A stretch of DNA of 64,000 bases, from contig OX597828.1 of assembly GCA_951406725.2 (NCBI GenBank), positions 8,556,001 through 8,620,000 on the forward strand, in the 5' to 3' direction. Both the position numbers and the translations under genes were made by a program. Under the pieces are notes generated by a model, which did not search any database, had not been told where the DNA came from, and saw nothing but the letters and a program-made list of their open reading frames with translations. Position 1 is the stretch's first letter. The number at the start of each line of letters is the position of its first letter. The stretch is from Octopus vulgaris. Its lineage: Eukaryota. Below, in pieces: positions 53,857 through 64,000 of the stretch.

Positions 53857-54046
53857 ATGTAGATCCTAGATGTATGCAAGTATACGTAGAGTTTGCCTTT
53901 AGCTCCTTCACAATATTTAAATATTTTGCATTGACATCGTTGGCTCTCAGTCCGAAAGACATGAGCTGGATACAGATGTTGCTGCAGGAATCTTGATAAA
54001 TAGCAGTTCAGTAACGACAGAACGAAAGCAGTGTTGAGGGTACAAA

Positions 54047-54047
54047 T

Positions 54048-54126
<79 letters not shown>

Positions 54127-54179
54127 CAGCAGCAGCAGCAGTATTATTATTATTATCATTATTATTATTATTAGTGGTG

Positions 54180-54235
<56 letters not shown>

Positions 54236-54460
54236 GGTGGTGGTGGTGGTGGTGGTTGTGGTGGTGGTGGTGGTGATGATGATGGTGGTGGCGGTGATAG
54301 GGTCGGCTGTGACACCAACTGCAGTTAGTTAAGACTATATATTTATGTTATGATGAAAAACTTACGAATACCGTTCTGCGTTTTTCACCATTACCAGTAC
54401 CAGCATCAGCACCAGCACCACCACCGCGATCATCATCATGAACATCATCATCATCATGGA

Positions 54461-54496
<36 letters not shown>

Positions 54497-54497
54497 A
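54047..54497. repeat. (GTA)/(GCA)/(ATT)/(GTG)/(CAT) trinucleotide cluster
   Basis: Read directly from the sequence. Confidence 0.95.
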
Positions 54498-54559
54498 ATT
54501 GTCGTAAATCATCGGTATACCAGCCATTATCAACATTAGTACCAGCTAAAACAATTTTT

Positions 54560-54960
54560 TGCACTTCTTACAAGGATGGTAAGACAAGGATCATTCTCAA
54601 ATAATTTTCAATTCCTTTTATAATCATCCCAAGTGTGTCTACTATCACCGGTATTTTAACCGTCTTGATATGCCACATGTTTTCGATTTTAATCAGCAAA
54701 TCTTTATATTTGCTGAGCTCATCAAATTCTTTTGCCGAAATATGATCACAAGTTGTGTACGTTTTTCACAACACCTGGTTTATTAGCTTTGATGGTCCTG
54801 TCTGTATGTATTGGAAAGTCCCCATAAAAAGTTACATTTTCTCCCTCTGTAACAGCATCAAAATGGTGCTTATACCATTTCTCAACAGATTTGATTTTAT
54901 AATGCCAACATATTTACCAGTGTAGATATTGGCAATGTCTGTCATGTCTTGTTTTATATT
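54560..54960 (-). mobile_element. R4/Dong-like restriction-like endonuclease domain remnant
   Basis: Peptides DFPIHTDRTIKANKP and KEFDELSKYKDLLIKIENMWHIKTVKIPVIVDTLGMI. Confidence 0.85.
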
Positions 54961-55311
54961 TTAGAGGTACTAAAAATGGCAAGAGTGGATGGTACTTCTC
55001 TAACTGTAGTCGGAGAGAAGGAATTGGAGAGGGCACTTGCTCCTGTGGTTTCAGGGAAATCTCGGACAGTGGGGTTCCTCGATTATCCCTAGAGGCCTTC
55101 CTGTATTAAGTAGGTCACATCTCTCTCATCCTTCCCGACATATTTAAAAAAAAACCTTTCTCAGCTATGCATATGACCCTTCTTTTTCTATTTATAACGT
55201 GTATAATTTCTTTTTTTTTTCTATCATTATATTATACGTGAACCCTCATACTGTGGTAAATAAATGAAATTATTGTTAGTGTCGTTCTTATTGTTGTTAT
55301 TAATATTATTA

Positions 55312-56088
55312 TTATTATCATTGAGTGAGCGAGCAGAGCATGCCATCAAAGTGACACTGGGGTAAAATATACGAAGCCCAGTATACCCATCATGACTACC
55401 CGTCTGATAATGGTACACCAGGCACATACATCACAACCATATGTGCGCGACATGGTGATCTCATATCAAGATAAACAGCACAGGTGGAGCCCAGTTAGAA
55501 TTTTCTTCAGATCGAGTAACCCACCCCGCTCAAAAGGTCCCTGAATAAGGGTTGTTTAAGGACGTTGAACGAAACACCCATGTTTCCAGAGGTGAATTAT
55601 TCAAACCCCAAAGAATCCTTCTCAACACATGGCTATGATGCTCCCCCACTACTTCTGCTCGTGATCAGAGTTGCACATATCGTCAGCCACTTAGGGACAT
55701 GGTCAACTGGTTAAGGTCAAACAACTGACAAGCAAATCTGTGGTTTTTCTGTTTCATTTGATTTGGGAATTAAGATGGTTTTCCCCTTCGTGAGCCATTC
55801 AGGCATTGTCTCTGGCTCTGCTAGTACGTTGTTAAAGTTTTCATCCAGCTTTTTGTGCATTCCTGTTAGATATTTCAACCAGAAGTTGGGGATTTGTCAT
55901 GCCCGGGTGCCTTCCAGTTGCTTAGTCTTTGCAGTGCCTGGGTGACCTCTTCAGTTGTTATGGGGGTCCAAAGTTGTTCAGATGCCGAGTTTGTTATTTT
56001 GATACTCCTTTTTTTTGGTGGTTCGTTCGCCGACTATATTTCTCTCCAGAATTCTTCCAATTCTTCTGCCGTTGGTGCTGCATTATTC
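55312..56088 (-). mobile_element. Internally deleted R4/Dong-like element between (TAA)n arrays
   Basis: Pre-RT peptide APTAEELEEFWREI..ITTEEVTQAL..LSNWKAPGHD..PEWLTKGKTILIPKSNETEKPQ is fused to a ~430-bp non-coding repeat that ends in TAA repeats. Confidence 0.8.
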
Positions 56089-56144
56089 ATTATTATTATT
56101 ATTATTATTATAATTATTATTATCATTATTATTATTACTACTAC

Positions 56145-56183
<39 letters not shown>

Positions 56184-56208
56184 TATTATTATTATTATTA
56201 TTATTATT
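56088..56208. repeat. (ATT)n microsatellite
   Basis: Read directly from the sequence. Confidence 0.95.
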
Positions 56209-56690
56209 GTACACCGTGGTATAAGTAGTCGAAGCCCAATATACACATCATGAATACCCATCCGATAAGAGTATACCTGGAAGATGCATTACATCCATAT
56301 TGGCGTCACGTGGTGATCTCATATCAAGATAAACAGTACATGACCTTGCACATGAAACCCTGTTAGAATTTTCTTCAGGTCGAGTAACCGATCCTGCTCA
56401 AGATGTCCCTGAATAAGGGTTGTTTAAAGATGATGAACAAAACACCTACGTTTCCATAGGTGGACTATAGAAACCCCAAATAATTCCTCTAAACATATGG
56501 CTATGATGATCCCCCACTACTTCTACTCGTGATCAGAGATGCACATATAGTCAGCCACTAAGGGACATGCTCAACTGCTGACGGTTAAGCAACTGACAAG
56601 CAAATATGTGGTATTGGGAAGAATATTTGCTGTAGATCATCTTTTTACCAAGATGAAACTTCCAATCAATTAAGATCAAAAGCTATAAGA
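56209..56690 (-). mobile_element. Second copy of the putative R4/Dong 3' UTR
   Basis: Aligns with 55353-55744 and abuts the (ATT)n array. Confidence 0.8.
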
Positions 56691-58129
56691 TCCTATTGTT
56701 GTTGTTGTTGTTTTTATTATCATCACCATCATTATTTTTATTCACAGTTGTATCCGTTGTTGTGGGTGTTGATGTGATAGCACCATATCACTTCGTGTTG
56801 CAGGTAACTTTCATTTTAACTCTACTTTAAGATTCTGTGCCAAAAATGTTTGCTTTATATATTTTATAAAGTTCAATGGTCGCTATTCAGTGTAAAAAAG
56901 CATGGTGTCAAATTCTTTGGCAAATTGCTAGGGAAGTGACGCAACAAATTACAAAACTTTTTTTGCATTGCCTTCAAAATGCAAAACAAAATAATACACC
57001 ACCCGACTCGTTTCGCCAGCTCTTCTTACGGTTTGCTGAAGGGAAACGTTCCACCTGTACGGTGATGCATTTGTTGACGGGAACTGCTTAGTGGTGGATT
57101 GATTTTGCTGTGGTTGAGAGTATGCTGACATACGCCGATGTTGCGAGACCTCCAGGGCTTCATTGTGAAGTGCAAGAGTGCTTCATTGACTCTGAGAGGT
57201 GTGGTCGTAGTTTGTGAGATTCGCTTTCCCCAATATATCTTTTGACAGCGTTGCCATCTAGAATGCCATTAGGGTTTCATTACACCCCATCATTTGAACA
57301 AAGCGCTAACTTGTCTTTATTAATTTGGCTTCCTAACAGTGAGTAATCAGTTTGCAAGTGTGACGAGCAGCCTCTGGGCTTCGTCAAAAATAATCAAGCT
57401 GTTTTTTTTTTCTCGAGGATTTTCGGGGCAGGTTCCAGAAATCCCTGGCGCAACAGTGTTATCTAGAGTCATTGCCTATTCCATATAGATTCGACAGGTA
57501 CTGAAATACTGACAGCCATTCCCATTTGATATGCACACAATGCAATTGAATTGTTCTGCACGCATTTGCCAGTGCAATGCCATTGCTGACTTGTGGAATT
57601 GTGTTGAACAACTGGTGTCTCGTGTATCGGGCATCTGTGATATTTTCCTGCCTTTGTCTAGGAAAAAAATATTTTTATTAATATGTTGGCTTTTGAGAAA
57701 ATGTTTATGTGCTTGGACAGACTGAATATGCTGAAGTTTAATATCTTCAACTTTCGCCTAACTCTCATCAAAATTTTCAGTGGAAAATATGCGTTGGCAG
57801 GGAAGTGATGTCTCCAGAAAATTTGTTGAAAGATAGATGAGAGTGAAAAAGATGGACCGAAAAAATGGTATTCTCAGAGAATGTGCTTGTTGGCAGAATG
57901 CTTACAACATGGGGTGGGGGGCAGTTGCCTATAGAGGAGAGAAATGAATGTAGCTCGGTGGGATTTCCACGAATAGCCTCAGAAGTATCACACTTTTGGA
58001 AAATTATTCTTTGGTTAAAAATGATTTCTTTATTAATATTTTCCCCATTTAACAAACGTGGCACTTTGTATCATACTCTGCCATCCTCACTCTGTTTTCT
58101 GAACAGTTAGTTCTCACCTCGACTACAGA

Positions 58130-58173
58130 TACTACTACTATTACTACTGTTGCTTCTAAAAGTAGTAGTTTTT

Positions 58174-58242
<69 letters not shown>

Positions 58243-58327
58243 ACAGCAGCAGCAGCAGAAATAGTTGTAGTAGTAGTTGTTATAGAAGTAGTTGCTGCAG
58301 TAGCAGCAGCAGTAGTGGTGGTAGTAG

Positions 58328-58368
<41 letters not shown>

Positions 58369-58396
58369 TCACTACTACTACTGCTGCTGCTGCTAC
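58130..58396. repeat. (CTA)n-(GTA/GCA)n-(CTA/CTG)n self-complementary trinucleotide block
   Basis: Repeat polarity flips at about 58156 and 58328. Confidence 0.9.
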
Positions 58397-59174
58397 ATTT
58401 TCCCCTTAGCAGTTCACGCTTATTCATCCTAGTATTGGACAGCTTTTTATAACGCTTCACACAGCAATTTAGGTATTTTGCAACTAAGGTATTTAGGTAT
58501 TTTGTGCATAAAAAACTGGTTCTCGGTACAATCGATTCCATTAAGATTCCATTAGGAATAATGCAAACTCTCCTTTTCTGGTAAATGTGCATGAGTCAAT
58601 AGCTGGAGCATCGGTCTTAGAACTGTGGGGTTGTGAGTTCGATTCTTGGAACAAGCTGTGTTTTGTGTTTTGTTCTTGCCCAATACATTTTATTTCACAT
58701 TGCTCCGTGCCAAGCTGGGATATATGGATGACTGCCGGTCTTCCGCAAAAAACCTTCCCTGGACTTATGCTTCAGAGTGGAATTTCTACAGACAACCCCA
58801 TGGCTCTTCGTGACAGAAGGAAGAAATCATCAATGCAAACTTTAGCACGATTGGGAATTATATAAAATTCGTAATTCTTGCCCGGTTATTCATCAGTTTC
58901 TCACGTTTGTTTTGTGTATCTCATATGTATGAAAGAGGTATTGATTTTTGATTAAGCAAGCCACTCTTGACTTTTGTATTCTGTAAGACACTCTCCGTGC
59001 TTGAATGTACATGACGATTTTCAAATATGTATTTTGTTCAAATAGTGTTCTAAAATTCATTAATAGGTGATAGTTTCCATTTCTTAAAAATATCATAAGA
59101 AGCATCATGGTATGGTTTCTCCAATTGCTTCACAATCAGGAGCTACACATTATCAATCACTTACTTTTATCCTG

Positions 59175-59364
59175 TATCTTTTACTTGTTTCAGCCACCAG
59201 AGAGTGGCCATGCAGGTGCCACCTTGAAGAATTTTGGTTGAACGAATATACTCCAGTACTTATTAAGCTTTTTAAGCCTGATATAAATTCTATCGTTGTT
59301 TTAGCCGAACCGTTAAATTACTAGAACGGCGCACACATACATACATGTATGCATACAAACACAT

Positions 59365-59429
<65 letters not shown>

Positions 59430-59617
59430 AGTACATACATATATAAGCGTGTATATATGCGGTGTGTTTCTTTCAGTTTTTGTCCGCTAAATCCACTAAT
59501 AAGGCTATCGTCGGCCCGAAGCCATAGTAGAAGACACTTACCCAAGGTGCCATGGAGAGGGACTGATTCCGGAACAATGTGATTGGGAGGCAAATTTTTA
59601 CCGCACACCCACGCCTT
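59175..59617 (-). mobile_element. SINE family A, degenerate
   Basis: Tail, internal microsatellite and head are recognisable. Confidence 0.8.
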
Positions 59618-59849
59618 ACATGTGCATTTGTGTCTATGATGCTGCAGCATTCCAAATACCACTTATAGGACATTGGTCAAGAGACGCACTGGAAGCATAT
59701 ACTTACCCAAAATTCTGTGTAGCGTTCTTCATATAGACCCATCTAGGCGACATAAGAGATTCTTCTTTAATAAATGTGAATCAGATTCTGTTGTCTTACC
59801 ACTCAGCCATCCTTTGTCCTATAAAGCTCTCATAGTTTATTGATTTAGT

Positions 59850-60243
59850 TACTCTTTTACTTGTTTCAGTCATTTAACTGTGGCCATGCTGAAGCAACGC
59901 CTTTAGTCGAGCAAATCGACTCCAGGACTTATTCTTTGTAAGCCTAGTACTTATTCTATCGAATCGCTAAGTCTCTGTTGCCGAACCGCTAAGTTACAGG
60001 GACGTAAACATACCAGCATCGGTTCTCAAGCTATGTTGGGGAGACAAACACACACACACAAACATATACACTCACATACATATATACGACGGGCTTTTTT
60101 TCAGCTTCCGCGTCTACCAAATCCACTCACAAGGCTTTGGTCGACCCAGGGCTATAGTAGAAGTTACTTGCCTAAGGTGCCATGCAGTGAGACTGAATCC
60201 GGAACCATGCGGTCCGTAAGCAAGCTACTTACCACACAGCCAC
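59850..60243 (-). mobile_element. SINE family A
   Basis: End-to-end match to the family. Confidence 0.9.
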
Positions 60244-60491
60244 AATCATAATGTTCGACGCAACTACATTCATTTTTTTAACAGTATGACGTTAAACTTT
60301 CACAACCAACACAAACATTAGCCTCCACGTCACCATTTCCCCCTCTCCATCTTCTTCAACATTACTTTCACTTTCGAGGTCATCTTCGTCATCGTTGTCG
60401 TTGTCAATAGCAGGAGCAGAGGTAGCAGTATGTTCCTAATAATTAATGACAGTAACAACGTTATAATCAACACAATTATCACGGCCATCAA

Positions 60492-60750
60492 ACTCTTTTA
60501 CTCTCTTTTACTTGTTTCAGTCATTTGACTGCGGCCATGCTGGAGCACCGCCTTTAATGGAGCAAATCGACCCCAGGACTTATTCTTTGTAAACCTAGTA
60601 CTAATTCTATCGGTCTCTTTTGCCGAACCATTATGTTACGGGGACATAAACAGACTAGCATCGGTTGTCAAGCGATGTTGAGGGGACAAACACAGACACA
60701 CAAACACGCACACACACACACACACAAACACACACGCACACACATACACA

Positions 60751-60820
<70 letters not shown>

Positions 60821-60982
60821 CGGGCCTATTTCATTTTCCATCTACCAAATCCACTCACAAGGCTTTGGTCAGCCCGAGGTTATAGTAAAAGCCACTTGCT
60901 CAAGATGCCACGCAGTGGGACTGAACCCAGAACCATGTGGTTCGGAAGCAAGCTACTTTACCACACAGCCACTCCTGCGCCT
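60492..60982 (-). mobile_element. SINE family A, full length with expanded (CA)/(TA) core
   Basis: End-to-end match to the family. Confidence 0.92.
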
Positions 60983-61872
60983 ATCATTTTTCAACATCGT
61001 TACTATCATCATCGTCGTCGTCGACGTCGTCGTCGACGTCGTCATAGTCGTCGTCTTCATCATCATCCTCGTAGTTATCGTCACCCTCGTTGTCATTGTC
61101 GTCGTTGTCATTATCGCCTTCATCATCATTATTCTCATCCTGAACTAATCATTTTCTTCAGGACCATTATCATCGCCTTCAACACAATCAAAATTTTTAA
61201 AAGTAAGTAACGACGACCATAAATAAATGAATAAATAAACAAATAAATAGACAAAATATATATATAAATAAATACTCCATAAGCCATTAACACCATTGCT
61301 ATTATTCTATTAACTTTATTATCGTTCTTTGCTAAATCTGCTTCCTCCTGAATAACTCTAATACTACATGCACATTACACCCTGTGCAGCACAAATAGCA
61401 TGAACGTCAACAATAACAAAAACAACAACAACACGACCGCCACCACTACCCCAACAATAATCACCTCGATAACAAGAACAGTAACAGCAACAACAGCCGA
61501 AATTGCAGCAGCTCCTCATTAGTCATTAGGGTCAACATTTTACGAGCTGCAATATCCATACGGCCATCACTGCAGTCAATTTTTTCTTTTGTGTTAAAGA
61601 ATTTTTTTGTTCGATTTTCGTTACCATTTTGTTGGATTATCTTTTCGGGTCTTTATCTTCTTATTACATTCATTTAATTCGTGTATTTTTATTTATTAGG
61701 TTTGTGTACCATTTTTTGTTTGTTTTTGTTTACTTTGTGTAGTTACTGCTGTTACTATCGTCATAATTGTTTTCTTTGTTAATTCTTCGAATCAAGCATT
61801 CAATAATACTTCGTGTTTTTTTTACCATTCTTTAGTTTTACGTTCAGCTTTCTTCATAATTTTGTCTACTCA

Positions 61873-61937
<65 letters not shown>

Positions 61938-62404
61938 CATCATTATTTTCAGTAGTGAGACTGCTAATTGATTTCTAAGTAGCTTTTCCTCGTTCCAATG
62001 TTGTCTCTAGATTATCAAAAATAATGTTTTAATTAATGCCATCAAAATTTACAATTCTAATTTTATATCATCATATTAATATTACTTCAGCTGCTAAAGC
62101 TGTTGTATTTGTGTTTATATTATTTTTATTGTTGTTATGCGTCCTTATCCTGCACGTCAATCGTTTACAATATTTTTTGTGTATGCTGCTGTACGTAATG
62201 TGTGTGTGTTTAGATTATACATACAAAATACGCACTATACACAAAAGCTCATGTCTATATACATATGTGTATGCGTGCGTGAGTATGTGTGTGTGTGTAT
62301 GTATGTCTGTATGTGTGTGTATTTGTGTGTGTCTGTGTTTGTATAAATATATGCATAACTCTGTCTACACACACTCACATATATATATACATATACACAC
62401 ATAT

Positions 62405-62524
<120 letters not shown>

Positions 62525-64000
62525 GTGTAAATGTGTTTGTGAATCTATCTCCATCTTGTGGCGCTTATAATCTTGGCAATTTTTTTTTCTAATTTAATTT
62601 CTTTCTGTCTAGTTTAAACCATAAAAATTATAAAGTTATGTCTTGTTTGTTTCGTCCATACATATTTTCTAAATATTATATTTCTTTATATCATACACAT
62701 CGTTAACAGATATACACGTATGAGTCTAATGCATACAGATAGCCCATCACAAATATACACTTGATTCTCCAACATAGCTGAAACTTTTATATATGATACA
62801 CTGCTTCGTCACACGAATATACACTGCTTCGTCACACGATTATACACTTCTTTCGCTACATGTGTTAAAAAGTGCTATGATTTTTCCTCCCCACGAATAT
62901 TCATTTAAGATAATTTATTATCAGAAAACAAAGAACCAACAACATCCATACGTATATTGTACAATAAATATTGCCAAATGGAAATGTGAGTGGTAGTAAT
63001 ATTTTAAAAGAGAAACTGAAAAAATGATAATGATTATGATTTTGACGATGACGACGACGACGAATACCACAACGACAACGACGACGGGGCCACAACGTCC
63101 ACGACAACGGCAACTTTGAAAATGACAACATATTTACGTCTATGATAACAACCATAATCACACTGAAGCTCGTTGTCAGTAAACATTAAACACAGGAACG
63201 AAAACAATTCAAGGTTTCTATCAGGAACAAAAGTATACAGCTGTCATTATAAAGGATAAATGAAAGGTTAGCGACAAAATTTATAGAGCGCAACAGAGAA
63301 GAGGGGGAAGTGTCATAAACATTTGAAGAAAAGAAGTTTCGTTAGACATTGAGATATGTAGAACGAAGGACAACGCAGTTTAGAGAAATAAATTTAGCAA
63401 CAACGTAATAGGGCCTTAGAGGAGATTCTAAAAACAAAGATAGATCAGTTGCTATCTTCTGAGACTTAGGTAATGAATCATTAAATGGTGAGCAGACAAG
63501 AATCACAGGTTTTTTACTAGAATCTTTAAGCTTTCCGACAAAACAAAGCGCATGCTACTTCAAGCACTACTGCACTCACAGGTTCATAAATCCTGCTAAA
63601 TATAGTGTATATGTCTCTCCATTTGCTCTTTTAATGGAAGAAAGTAACTCCATTCGAATATTTTGCCTACAAACGCAGAAGTACGTCAGTTTCCATGTCT
63701 TTCGATCCTGGTAGAGACTCCCGTGCAAAAAGCCTATTAATTACGAGTTTACTTCAATTAATTATTTTCATTGAATTGGCTGAAGTGATTCAATACATGT
63801 GAGGTACAACGTATCTGAGAAATAGAATATAGCGTTTTTTTTTAGCTTCATTATTTTTAAATCACATCTGAAAATATTGACATAATAAATGAATTATGTA
63901 TTTTTTATTATTATTAGGTTGTCAAGAAAGTTCTTGCTGTTTTTAACATTTAAATTCAGATGCACATATCTCCGCTAAAACAAAAGTCTATTAATTGAAA

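Overview
This is an AT-rich, microsatellite-dense eukaryotic window. The SINE families and the TA/GATA/GGTA/GTA repeats look like octopus or another coleoid cephalopod (inference from repeat content). I recognise no conserved multi-exon host gene. Most ORF-track entries are translations of simple repeats. The window is dominated by mobile DNA: three tRNA-derived SINE families, four decayed Tc1/mariner elements, RTE and R4/Dong-like LINE fragments, and Penelope-like elements, one carrying a minimal hammerhead ribozyme. Four things stand out. (1) At 2.6-5.7 kb there is a head-to-tail array of LINE-ORF1-like (CCHC zinc-knuckle) elements with no ORF2, sharing a structured 3' terminal RNA module that shows one compensatory base-pair change. 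(2) Two divergently oriented small ORFs (6696-6917 minus, 12135-12398 plus) align with each other from Met to C-terminus and may be an unannotated microprotein family. (3) Several near-perfect fold-back structures are centred on microsatellites. (4) A SINE insertion carries a locally templated inverted 5' extension. All alignments were done by eye, and boundaries of decayed repeats are approximate.
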